The notes below the pieces were generated by a model that did no database searches, had not been told where the DNA came from, and worked only from the letters and a program-made list of their open reading frames with translations. The position numbers and the translations under genes were made by a program. Source: Selaginella moellendorffii (Eukaryota > Plantae > Lycopodiophyta). Taken from it: 64,000 nt of DNA. Below are positions 10,572-22,504 of the stretch, piece by piece (the stretch's first letter is position 1; every line of letters starts with the position of its first letter). Location of the stretch: the NCBI RefSeq assembly GCF_000143415.4, contig NW_003314295.1, forward strand, positions 995,038-1,059,037. The letters run 5' to 3'.

Positions 10572-11509
10572 ATATCTTGCTCAAAACTATATTATATTTT
10601 AAATAGTGACTAATCAATAGAACTAAAATGATAGCATATCTTATCTCTATCCCTTTAAATCAACTGAAAAAGGACAATTTCTTAATGAGAGAGCTATTTT
10701 ATCTTTATTTATCTCCCAAAGTTCCAAGGATTTATGGTAATAGTATATTTAAATCTAAGAGAAATAGTGCGATTTATTTTGATCCCTTTATACAAAATAC
10801 TTCAATTATTGCACATTGTAATATATGAATGTTCCTCCACATCTTAACTTAGTAGTTGAGTGGTAGAAAGTTTTACATAACTCAATCTTCAATATTTTGA
10901 ATATATCTTCAATATCTTTAATATATATTTTACATGCTTTACAATAGGATTTTTCTATAGATATTACTTCCTTTTGGTACTTTTTCTTCTCCCATATCTT
11001 GATTTATTTCCTTCTTGCACATTGTTTGTGTACATGTGTGGATTGGCATGACCACAATTTAGATCACATAGATTGTCTTTATGTAATGTTTTGTGTTTAT
11101 TCTTAGGGAGATGGAAGAATAAATTATCTTTATCAATTTGTTAAAGTAAATATCTAAGATACCCTATTAGTAAAGCACTAAAAAAACAAGTTTGAAGAAA
11201 TATAAACTCTTAGTTTTCATGTAAATCCATGAATATGTATATAAATTTATATTTAACTTGAAATTTATTTACATGAAAGAAATATAAAGATAAAATATAA
11301 ATAAAACTAAACAATTCTATATTGCACAATAAATTATTAGGATTTTAAAAAAACTTATTTATTTAAATGATGTTTATAGCCTTATTGTGCTTTAAAATAA
11401 CATATATAAAGCATTAGATTCATGTGGAACAATATGAGAAAAATCTATTAGGATTTAAAAATAGAGGGAAATAATCTAGGAAAAATAATTTTTAAAAACA
11501 ATTTCAAAT

Positions 11510-11703
11510 CTGACCAAATGTCAATGTGCTGTGATTCCCTTAGTCAACCAACAAAGTCAAACGTAATATAATCTTTTTAGTTTGGACTTCCGAATATATC
11601 ACCCATCTCAATACTATTTCAAACTTGAATAACATTTAACTTTATGTATTTCTAGTGCACTGTAATAAATTTTGTCTCAAAGTGTTCCCTTTAGTTAATT
11701 ACA
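11510..11703 (-). mobile_element. Degenerate Cassandra fragment (reverse strand)
   Basis: GTGATTCCCTTAGTCAACCAACAAAGTC, TTTGGACTTCC..TCACCC..TACTATTTCAAAC and GTTCCCTTTAGTT..TTACA are reverse complements of Cassandra internal/LTR segments. Confidence 0.7.
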
Positions 11704-13776
11704 AATATCTAGTAGTCCAATTTTACTTTTGCTCAGCTAAACCCAAAGTGTAAAGTGCTAAGAGAGAGTGATGCTTAGCATAAAAGATTATTAAGTAATA
11801 AAAAAGAACAACTTATAAAAAAATTATTCAAAAATAAAGTGAATGGCCTATGTACAACATGTCCTTTATTTCTTGATTGGTCAAAGATTAAAACTTAATC
11901 ATCTTTAAGTTTGAAAAGTGGACCTCCCAAAAGTTTAAACTGAGGAACTTCACAATTCAATTATAGAAGGAAAGGTGTTAAGTGTGCCTAAATAAAGACC
12001 GAATATTAACTGTTCTTGGGTTTGAATAGTACAACTTACAATTTATAACTATAAAAATGCAAGTAAAAATTTTATTAATAATTTGGTTCTATACTTAGTA
12101 TTTCAAACTCCATGCTCCAATCTTGATGTTCCAATCTAGAATCAAAATTGGAACTTCACCTCAAAATTGGAACTTTACTGAGCAAAGAGGACTTTTTTTG
12201 GTCAGCTAAACCATGTTACTTTTTAACATTTTCACTGTCATGCATCTTGGAAACGTCAACTAGCTTTGGTCTTTAGCCTCAGGCTAAGGAATCATTTGAT
12301 GGCCTGGCAGATGAGCCCGCAGAGTGCAAATATGGACGCCAGAAAAGCGGGTGCTCCATAGGGTGCACCTCCAGAAGTACGCACTCAGGGTGTGTTATGG
12401 TAGGTTATGTACTTGTTCCAACCAGGGATTTGAGAAGGGCGATGTGCTTGCTCGTCAAGTTTGTGAACAAGTGGAATGAATCCTATGTTGAGGGATTTTG
12501 TCATCGCACAAGATGCCCAGTTGAGCAAACACTCCCAAGCGAAGCACGTCACTTGAATGATGAGAGGCATGCGGTTCCTTCCATCGCCCAACTACAACGA
12601 GCCAACGAGATACTTGACATGGTTGCGGCACTTGTCCAGGCAGCGCACACAGCTTGAGATCAGCCCGACCAGATATTATTATTTTACCCACACTTCTTTA
12701 TAATAAGATAATTAATAATCGAGGTTGTGAATGCTTAACTCTTGGATTACTCCACCTCTTTCTCCAGGTTCAATTTTTTCTTGTGAATTCAAACACTTAT
12801 AGGTTGACCAAGTTGTGATTATACCAAATTGATTTTCACAACAGTGACTGTTATGACAACACCATATATGAAGTAAGAAATACGTCCTGATTGCCCGATA
12901 ATTGAGCCGGCCAGCTAGCCAGCCATTTGATCACGACCCAAGCGTCGGTGCAATGACGAGTTAACAATTCCCATGGGTATGAATAAGAAAATGATCCGGG
13001 CAGACATCATCATACTGGTAAACGATAAACAAAGAGGACTTTTTCTTTGAATTCTTTATTTTCTTCTCTTGCTTTTGGGTGTTCTTGAAAGCAACACCTT
13101 CCTTCGTCACCCTCAGTTGGATAAACACACACCCCAACTAGGTAGAACAAATGAAAGTGGCGCATTGTTTCCTAGGCCAACATTTGACCCCAAGTTTTAT
13201 ACTCCTCCATCTGATCATCTCATTCCATTTTGCGGCGAAACGTGCGAAAACAAAGAAAAAACTGGCATACGACCACATCGTGAATATAAACAAAACAAAT
13301 TTCCAGCCAAATCTTATCATAACAAACCACTTGTGCCCAACTTACCATGCCATCCATTAGAGAGTAAGACGTTGTAGCCAATCAGCGAAGTTGAAGTTGA
13401 AACTTTCTTAGGAGAGCCTGACAAGTCACAAGAAAGATAGAAAAATTCAATCCAAGCTACCCCAAAATCTTGTCGTCTGAAAAGGGACGGCGATCGATCA
13501 TCAATCCAACCATGTTTATTCTCCAAAATTTTTCCTTTTCCAACACATTACTGAAAGCTAGCTTTCCCTCTTGTGTGTCTACCATCTTTTTTTACAACAC
13601 ACTCACGATGCACACGAACACAAATCTCCCCCTCCTTCGATCGTACAAGTCATGTTGTGTGAAAATCCCTCCAGCAAATGCCCAGCCTGGGAAAATGCCG
13701 CATGTGTCTTTGTCAGTTGTGCCTAGTCGTTATACTTTCTTGTTGTCGTCATCCCGCCCTGGAAACCAAACCCAGC

Positions 13777-15915
13777 TCAGATCCAAGCCCCAACGCCATT
13801 GAGCGGCATTCCCCGCCACCCTAGGATCAAGAACCCCTCCTGGTTCGTCAGCGTATATCCATCCGAGTAGTAGAGCTTGAGAAGAAGGCTGGCCTGGTTG
13901 ATCGCCTTGTGGCTCATGGACACGGCTCGGAAGCCCACGCCCTCCATCCTGGCGTTCCACGCCCGCATTGACTCGTGCCGCTCCACGCGCTCGCTACCCT
14001 CGCACGCGATCATGTTGCGCAGCTTCTGCGCCGCGATGAGCTCCTCGAGTTTCTTCCGCCCGGGGAGCGTCCCAGGCATGTGTAGCGACGCATCGAACGC
14101 GTCAAACACGGCCGAGTAGTAGTGGAGGCAGGCCATGAAGCGGTGCATGAAATCGGGGCTATTGTGATCCGCGTCGTTCTCGGCCATCACCACCAGCCTC
14201 GGCCGCAGCGAGCGCAGCCCCTGCAGGAACTGGTCGAGGTCACGCTTGAGGAACCGGTGGAACTGGCACAGGCTGTTGACGAGCACCGCCTCGCCATCCC
14301 GGAGCTCCACCATCCCGGCGTGGAACTCCTCGAGCTCCACTCTGAGAATGCAGTACTCGAAGGGCACCCCCAGCGATCGGGCGCAGTCGAGAAGCTTGCT
14401 CCCGGCCTCCTGGAGGTCACGCAGCGAGGAGCCAACGGCGGTCATGCGCACGACGGGCGGGCCGCCGGGGCGCATGGCCAGCGACTGGAGGAAGGAGGGC
14501 CACTGCGCGCCATACCAGACCTGGAAGTCGACGACGTGGATGGCGCGCTCGCGGTCGGCGGCCTCGAGCAGGATCTGGTTCATGGTGAGGTGCGTGAACT
14601 TGCCGATGGGAATGTACTCGTAGAAGACCCAAAAGGCCTCGAGCATGTCGCTGCGCGTGGCGCTGCTCAGCTGCTGGAGGCTGTGGTCGGCGATGAGGCC
14701 CTGGAAGTGGGAGGAGCGGGTGTTGCGGCTGAGGCGCGCCACCAGGGCCTCGGTCACGTACGAGGCTAGCCGCTGCATGGGGCTGCCGTGGGGGACGACC
14801 AGCGCGCGGAGCTGGACGAGAATGGCGCGGGCGAGGTCGAGGTTGTCGATGGCCACAGCGCCGGCGCAGCTGAGGAGCATCCGGACGAGGCGGAGCTGCT
14901 GGTCCACGGGCTCGAATTTGGGAAAGTTGTTGCTATGGTGTCGCTGCTGCTGCTGCTGCTGCTGCTGTTGACCAAGGTGGTGGTGGTGATTGCTGTTGTA
15001 ATCTCCTCCTCCTGCCCTGGAAACCCCCCCGCCACCCAATGCCACCATCTCTTGCTTCATGGGTTGGATCACTAGCTGCTGATGTTCTTGGTGATGTTCT
15101 TGGGGGTGGTGGTGACGGTGGTGATGGTAATCGAGTTCTTCCAGCTTTGGGTTGATGAAAGCCCGCTGCTCCGACTGGACGCAGACGCTAGTGGTGGTGG
15201 AGCCCGGGCTGAGCTGCGGAGTCCTTGGGTGAGGGGGAGGAGTCCTAGGATTGAAACACGAACCTTGGGAGACGCTGGACAGCCGGGGGTTTGCCACCGG
15301 CAAGGAAATGCCCTGTTGCGGGACCTGCGCCCGTGCCGAGACTGGTGTCAGGGGTGGTAAAGAGCTTGACGACATCTGTCCCGGGGGACTGGCGGCACTG
15401 CTGCTGCTGCTGTCGATCTCGCCGGCCAGCTCGCCGGCCAGGCGCTCGATCTCCAATTCGCCTGGCGCCCGCTTGGGCAATTGTATCATGCCATGGCCCT
15501 GCTGCGTGAAACCCGCCAGGAGCTCCTGAATCTCCATAGCGTCGTCCTGATCCCTCTCAAAGAACCCACTATCGAAATCACTGCTGTGGTAGTGCTGCTG
15601 CTGCTGCTCGTGGACGTAATCCAGCACCGAAATCGGCGTTGTCTGGAGTCCATTGCCGCCGAACACGTCCCCGAAATCGCAGCACGGGTCGATGTAGAGG
15701 TGGTGGTCCTGCGCCTGCGAATTGATGGATCCCCAATCCTTGGAGTCGAAGATGGATTGCTGCTGCTGTTGCTGCTGCTGCCAGTCGGCGATGGGGTCGG
15801 CGAGGAAGAGATCGCTCTCGATGAACATGGTTGACGCTAGCTCCTCCGTCACTCCACCGCACTCACCTCTCGTCGATCCACCCCCGCCGTAGACCACTGC
15901 TCCTAGAGATCCCAT
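13777..15915 (-). CDS. GRAS-family transcription factor (SCR/RAM1-related), intronless, 712 aa
   Basis: LHRI (LVRMLLSCAGAV..GSPMQRLASY), IHVVD (VHIID), QWPSFLQSLAMRPGGPP, RVERHE, LILGW...GAW; polyQ/H low-complexity N-terminus. Confidence 0.95.
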   Translation of the reverse strand: MGSLGAVVYGGGGSTRGECGGVTEELASTMFIESDLFLADPIADWQQQQQQQQSIFDSKDWGSINSQAQDHHLYIDPCCDFGDVFGGNGLQTTPISVLDYVHEQQQQHYHSSDFDSGFFERDQDDAMEIQELLAGFTQQGHGMIQLPKRAPGELEIERLAGELAGEIDSSSSSAASPPGQMSSSSLPPLTPVSARAQVPQQGISLPVANPRLSSVSQGSCFNPRTPPPHPRTPQLSPGSTTTSVCVQSEQRAFINPKLEELDYHHHRHHHPQEHHQEHQQLVIQPMKQEMVALGGGGVSRAGGGDYNSNHHHHLGQQQQQQQQQRHHSNNFPKFEPVDQQLRLVRMLLSCAGAVAIDNLDLARAILVQLRALVVPHGSPMQRLASYVTEALVARLSRNTRSSHFQGLIADHSLQQLSSATRSDMLEAFWVFYEYIPIGKFTHLTMNQILLEAADRERAIHVVDFQVWYGAQWPSFLQSLAMRPGGPPVVRMTAVGSSLRDLQEAGSKLLDCARSLGVPFEYCILRVELEEFHAGMVELRDGEAVLVNSLCQFHRFLKRDLDQFLQGLRSLRPRLVVMAENDADHNSPDFMHRFMACLHYYSAVFDAFDASLHMPGTLPGRKKLEELIAAQKLRNMIACEGSERVERHESMRAWNARMEGVGFRAVSMSHKAINQASLLLKLYYSDGYTLTNQEGFLILGWRGMPLNGVGAWI

Positions 15916-18502
15916 TGCCGGACGAGGAACAGTGGCACCATCATGTAGAGCCTTCCTCGATCGCGATCATCAAGCGGTGACCTTGGTGGTCGGCGAGATC
16001 ACGACGCTCCTTGCCGGCAAAGTACCCCTTGTTGAACAACACTTGGAAGCCTTCCACTCCTTCCTTCTTTTTCTTCTTCTACTCGTACCCGTGCTGTTGC
16101 TGGCCACCACATTCCAAGGAAGAGAGCGAAGTGAGTAGACAAGTAGAACGGCTCGATCCAATTCCCTGCCAAACAATCGAAAACGTGTAGCCGGGCCACA
16201 CCCAACAGAGAAGGAACACTTCGATCAGCTGACAACTCACAAGGATTGGAGAACAGCGAACTAAAACTTCGCGGAGACAAAGAATTGCGAGTTACCCTCT
16301 TTCACCCTCCCTCTTTCTTCTGGGTATTTGGCTAAATGTTGTGGATAGAGCAGCAGATGGTGGACTGGATCCTGGCCATTACTTACACGGAAGGAACTGG
16401 ACGTGTATGATTTGTCCGTACGGAACTTTCTATGGGTAAGTGTGAGAGTGTGTATGTGTTTGTATTCTTCTCTGGCTCTTGTGTGCACCAGGACAGACAC
16501 AAGCAGCTGATTGATTTACAATAAACTAGCTAGGACCAAAAAAACTTGTTCTTGCTTATCCTCTTGCACACTCCTTTGTTTGTCCCCCTCAATGAGAGCT
16601 GGAGGAGAGAGAGCTTTGGACTTTTTTTCACTCACTGGGGCAGCTAGAAATTTTATGTGTGCAAGCCACCTATAGATTTGGGAGAGGAGGAGAAACGCTC
16701 AAGACCTCTGGACTATGGTGCTCAAGGCAAGGCAAGGCAAGGAAAGAGGAAGGGGATGGTGTTTGGGAGGGCTTAAATGGGGGCAAAGAATGGGATTGAG
16801 ATGAGTGAACAGAGACTTCCACTAACAACAAACAGTGTTCTGTTTCTCCTTCCTGCCCCTTGCTTTGTTTTTGTTCTCATCTATCATCCCAAAGGCCCAC
16901 AGCCCAACATATTAAAGAAGATGGTATAGTATGATTTGTTAAGTCTGTGTTAGTGTAAGTGAGTGAGTGATTGATGGATTGACCTGATTCTGCATAGTGT
17001 GGCGTCTTGGGAGAAAAATCAAAACAAATAGGGGCAATGTGCATGCATGTCATTGACAGTGAAAGTAAAAGAAGACAATAGGGAAGTGGATAAGCATTGC
17101 AAGAGGGGATGGTGTGGCCAACAACAGGAGGAAAAGAAGGGGTTGGATATATCAACAAGTGTTGGTTGAGTCAACAACAAGGGCTTTTTTTGGTGGGGGC
17201 AGGGTACAAGATTAATTGTTGAAGTGGGCAGAATTCTACTACTTTTCCATTTAATTCATCTCTAACAATTAAAAAAAACACACAGTGGACTCTAAAAACT
17301 ATTCATTGACCAATCAACATGGGATGGATTGGGATTCAAAGGTAGAATCATGACACGTTGACATCGGACGGTCCTGTTTGAAAATAGAATATTCCGCCCA
17401 TCGGACGGTGGTAGGCCACCCGGCACGTGCCGCGCGCGAGCGATGGGCGTTTGATTGGGCGGGTCGGATACGCCCTCACGCCCTGCTTTTCGTGTAGATT
17501 GGGGGGGGGAGGGGGGGCGCCGGGGGATTTTTTGTTTCTTTCTTTGCTGTGGAATCGGCAACGAGTGATATTGTGCCATGGACAGAAAAATGACGGAAAA
17601 AAAGATTAAACTAGATTGATTTCCTATTTTTCAACGTGGGGCCTCTCTTGTGGTTTTGAGTATGGGTGCTCCAATTTGTTTTTTCCTTCTTTCATTTCTT
17701 TTGGCTGTAAAGCAATTCCACAACCCCATCTCTCTTTCTTGATTTGAAGAGCTGCTTGTGTGTATGGAGTGGACATCGTAGGAGCTCGCCACCTCGCATC
17801 CCATAAAGCTCATAAAATTTTGCTCGAATTTGATGCACCTAAAGGTTAAATTGTACACGAAAGGTACTGTGTGGGAGATCTCCTTATTATAATGTTTTTT
17901 TAGCTTTATGAAATCAAAGAACTCAGATAGATAGATATGTTTTAAGTCCCGTTTATACTAAAATTTGCTAATGTTTTCTGATAAAAAGCAAAAAGATTCA
18001 TCCAAAACCAAATCCACAGAGAAGTTCCCTTTTCCATTTTTTTTTATTTTCTTTCCCTCTGAGAGCGACTTTGTTATGGATGACGCACCACCAAAGCACG
18101 CGAAGATGTATATATTTTTCGCCTTGTATATATAATTTTTTATATTTTTCATGTCATAACATTAGAGCTCGTCTCAGCTCATTCATCAGTGTGTTGTCCT
18201 TGTCTCGTCCATTTATATTGTGTGATCTTCATCGAATAGACGAGGGACGCGGCAACAACTCGGATAATAAAAAGCAATATTAACAAGTACCTCTCTTTAA
18301 TTTTCTCGTGAGAAACATCCATAATCACGCAATCTTTCAAGAGCATCCCTTCTCTCTTTTATAAATCTCCACAATCATCTCAATTTCCGGAATCTTTCTC
18401 TCAGTGGTCTGCAAGTAGATTGATTAAGCTGGTTAGTGGAACAACACAAGAATCATATGCTTACCAGTGCCAAGTGAAAGGAAAACAAAAACTGTAGCGG
18501 AT

Positions 18503-20273
18503 TTACTTGAGTAGCATGCCGATTTGATCCTTTAGACTGCTCTTCTTCTTTGGTTTTGGCTGGATGGACCTTGTTTCCTCGATTGACTGTGGTGCCTCGA
18601 CTGCCACTCTCACCGGTGCTTCCATCACATCCCTTGGAACTATTGCTGGCCTTGGAACTACTTCTGGCTCGGGCCTTTGCAAGTTAGCTTCCATCGCTTG
18701 AGGGGAAGCCGGAGCCTTCTTTGGGACGTAGCCTCCAAAGAGCATCCCGAGCATCTCATCCTCGAGAGTGTCAGTTGACACGAGCCTCGCAGCACCTGAA
18801 ACAGTTTGCTCCTCTTGAGCTCGATCGCTTCCCGCGAACCCGGCCTCATCCCTTCCAACAGTGCTGACTCTTTCATGCTCGTAGCTTTCCCTGGTCGGTG
18901 CTTTACTGCTCGAGCTTCCCGACTCATTCTCTGCTGCAGTAGCAGCTGACTTGCTTTTCCACCCGCTCAAAGCAAACATGGAATCGTTCAGCTTCGCTTT
19001 TTTCTTTGCTGGCTGGGTGGAAGTTCCGTTCACGTTGCCGGCGGCTAATGGCTTGGGGCTGTCCTGTTTGTCTTCCACATTGTTCGTGAGGATAGCCTCA
19101 GGGCTGTCCTCGTGGTCAAGATTCTTTTAAAAAGGAAAGAGGCCACAGTTATCCGAGAGAAAACGAGAAAAAAAGAGAGAGTAGAATACCTGATGAGCTA
19201 TGCACATAAGTTCGTCCAGTGTCCGGTCTGTAGTCTCCTCGTCCTCCACGACTTTTTTTAGTTTCCGCTTGCTTTTCTTGGTGGCCTGGTCCTTTCCCAC
19301 CTCGGGGGCCGGAGCTCGCTTGCAAAAAGCCTCGAAAGCTCCCTTCATGTCCACCCCACCGCTGGTATTTTCTGGCAAAGCCTCGTCACTCTCGGCTTTT
19401 CTCGATCTCCGCTGCGCTGCTTTAACAGCACCTGCACCTGGAGCTTCGTCAGCTGCTTTGTTCGCGGGTTTGTCTTTGCCTTGGTCGCTATCATCTCCCC
19501 TGTTCCTGGTTTGACGAGCGGTTGCTTTCTTAGCAGGCTTCACTGGCTCCTCGTCATCTATAACTTCTTCCTCCGCGTCGTCAACTTTTTGCTTGCCTTT
19601 GGAACTCTTGGCTTTCCTGGCAGCGGGAGCTTTTCTCCCGGCGGAAGTCTGGGGATCGTCGCCATCCTCCTCTTCCACCTTTTGCCTCTTTGATGCTCGC
19701 GCCTTCTTCGGCTTTTCGACGGCGGCAGCAGTCATCCATGCCGGCAGAGCTCGCCGTGCCCCCGGATCCGGAGTTAGCTTCACTGGATTTCTCACCCATT
19801 CGATCGTAGGTAGTGGCTCTAGATCCTCCTCTTCCTCCTCTTTGATCTCGCTAGACGAAGCACCGTTTTTCAAGCAATGGAGCTGCACGGAAAAGAGTCT
19901 AGAACACTTGAAAAAAGAAGAAGAAACTTACGTGATTTGCGCGGTGAAGTAGCAAAGCTATGACGTGCTTACACATTCCCCTTCCAGCTGGACAGGAGCA
20001 GCGATACGTGGGTTGCTTGGTTGCATCTGATGGATCGATGCTAATGCTCACATCGTAGCTATCCCCTGGACCGGAGCCTAGAAGCGACAGGAAAAGCGAT
20101 CGATCACATCACCAGCGGAAAAAAAAAACCTCACCTTCACAGACAGCCGACGCCTTCTCGCAATCCTCCCCTACAAATTCCACCTCGTGGAGCTTCTTGG
20201 CCTTGATCAGCTCTTTCCCGCGCTTGAAAGCCGCATCGTTCACGAGCGCCTTGACGGAGGCCTCGTCTTCCAT
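18503..20273 (-). CDS. SWIM zinc-finger protein with Ku-binding-like motif; exons 20273-20135, 20077-19932, 19882-19190, 19123-18503 (~532 aa)
   Basis: GT-AG introns with consistent phases; exon 2 encodes CSCPAGRGMCKHVIALLL (SWIM CxC..CxH); exon 3 encodes RRALPAWM; long disordered charged tail ending KKKSSLKDQIGMLLK. Confidence 0.8.
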
Positions 20274-20434
20274 CGCCCCAGAGCTTCTTCCCTTCTGCCC
20301 TAATGTAATCGTCAAGGGTTTATAAGAACAACATCCAACGGTCACGGTCGGAGGGGAATATTCCGCTAGATCTTGCTTAAATATTTAGGTAGCGAGGAAG
20401 GGCTTTTTTGTGGATCCAAGAGGGCGGCGAGACA

Positions 20435-21334
20435 ATGCAGGAGATCAAGAATGTGTCCCTGCTCGTCGTGATCTCCACCACCGTGCTCTTCCTCGTCGCG
20501 TTTGGCCTGGCGGTCGGAGCCGAATCGAAGCGCAGCACGGTATGTAGTGTGAAATTCTAGCCTTTCGGCTCCAAATCCTTGCCTAGAATGGGGAATTCTA
20601 GCCTCCCCGATGCCGCATTCTTCGCTGGCACCGCGAAATATCGCCAGAGATCCAGGAAATCGCTGATGATTCTTGGCTGTCGATCGATTTCCAGGCGGCC
20701 GTGGGACACGATGACACTGGGACGCTCACCTATTGCGCCTACGGCAAGGATATCTCCACCGGGCTGGGAGCCGGCGCCTTCTTGTTCGTGCTGCTCGCTC
20801 AGGGGATTATAATGGGCGCTACCAAGTGTCTGTGCTGTGGAGCGCCTCTCAGCGACGGCAAACCAAGAACTCTAGCGATCTTCTTTTTCATATTCTCATG
20901 GTAAGCCATCTTTGTCTACTTTGTCCTTGCTTGGTTTTCTTACGGGAGCTCTCTTTTTTCCCAGGATTTGCTTCTGCATTGCGCAGATCTGCCTTGCCGG
21001 AGCCTCTGCTCGCAACTCCATCCACACGAATGGATTCGCGACTCCAAACGAGCCTCTGGATTGCGTGGAGCTCCGGAGGGGGGTGTTTGGCGCCGCCGCC
21101 GCGTTCATCTTCTTCACCATGCTGCTCAGCGAGGCGTACTACGTTTTCATCGTCAAGGCCAGAGAGGGCTCGTGGCAAGCTTTCGATGTCCGGGACTCGT
21201 TCAACTTCCGAGACTCTTTCAAGTTCAGTCGCAACTTCAACCTCCGCGACTCCTTCAATTTCCGGGGTGGTGGATCCGTCGGCATGACTCCAACGGGAAC
21301 TTCAGCCGGGCCTGGAACTGGAACTGCAAGCTAG
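20435..21334 (+). CDS. DUF1218 / MODIFYING WALL LIGNIN-like membrane protein (3 exons)
   Basis: LVAFGLAVGAESKRS, YCAYGKDISTGLG, TKCLCCG, AQICLAG..RN..H, C..LRRGVFGAAAAF. Confidence 0.88.
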
Positions 21335-22155
21335 CGTACCAATTCCTTCTTTTTCTCTTCTTCTTTTTACCCGGGGCCTGTTTTTTCCAGGAGCGGGGAG
21401 CTCCATATTCGATCTAGCTTGTCTATACGTACTATCGTCTATAGTGTTAGTTGCCCAATCTCCTTCATGGTGTTGGTGGAAGGTTGGTCGATTCTGTAAG
21501 TTTCTTCCAGCTTCCAGTTTTCTATGCTTTATTCATTGTGAAGGACGAAGCTTCGCTTTCCTACTGTTTGACAAAGCTGTGCTGCCATTTCACGTTGTTT
21601 ATTTCCCTTCGCAATTGTTTAACGACATTGTTTCGTGATCGTAGCCGACGACTTTTAAACCAGCGTTCCATCAGAGCTCGAGAGAAACAATGAATGCTCC
21701 TGGTGTCACTCCTGTTGGTCAGTAGAGCTTAGAAATCACTCTCTCTGTTTCGAATTTGTCACTGATTAGCGGATGTTTGGCTTCCAGATCGACGAGACTG
21801 GCTCGAGTTTTGCCACCATCTTACATCTCAGCTCCAACCGAAACTTCACACATAAATCAACCGGTTGGGCCCCGTGAGATTTCTCGAGATGATATGCTCG
21901 ACAGAAAAGTGATGCTCACACTATCAGGGATCTCACGCGATTTCTTTGCTGTGGTGGTTGCCAAAGATTAAATGGCAAAATAAAAGTGCTTTTTTTCCTA
22001 ATACCTTTGTCAACATCTTTTACAAAGTTTCGTGAATGCTGCCAGCAGTGATAATTCGATCGCTTGCTTTTGTTGACTTGCTTTTGACGCACGATCGCTT
22101 ATAAAAACCACGATTTATCTCGCAAGACCGAGAGAGACGCGAAGCAAACAAACGA

Positions 22156-22439
22156 ATGGGGATGGAGGCGAAGCGAATGATCCTGTTGGCGATCGTCTCG
22201 TTATTCATCCTCCTTCCTTCGGTGAATGGCCGAGCTAGGCACACTCTCGTGGTAAAAACCATTTTTGTTTTTTGTTTGATTGACAAAGAATTGTGTTTCA
22301 GCATGACGAAGACAATCATCCAAGCTTCTTCGCCAGGATTTCACATCTCTTGGGCGATGGCCGAGAGCCCCCGAGCTCCAACCGTTTCTTCAGGCCGAAA
22401 TACGGCCCAAATGTTCCTATCCGCGGCTCAAACCCGTAA
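22156..22439 (+). CDS. Small secreted peptide precursor (77 aa; exons 22156-22251, 22302-22439)
   Basis: Signal peptide MILLAIVSLFILLPSVNG|R; 50-nt GT..TTTCAG phase-0 intron; Pro/Gly-rich C-terminus FFRPKYGPNVPIRGSNP*. Confidence 0.65.
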
Positions 22440-22504
22440 GAAATTCCCAGCTCTTACAAATGAAGAAAGACAATGTCGTCAATGCTTGTAGTAGATCTTC
22501 CTTC

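Noticed and set aside
14122-14769. 215-aa antisense ORF and other antisense ORFs over GC-rich genes (e.g. 25663-26241, 28172-28957)
   Set aside because: Shadow ORFs expected from high GC3 codon usage; no domains recognised.
14800-14850. miR171 target site in the GRAS gene
   Set aside because: The HAM-type site GATATTGGCGCGGCTCAATCA is not present at the equivalent position.
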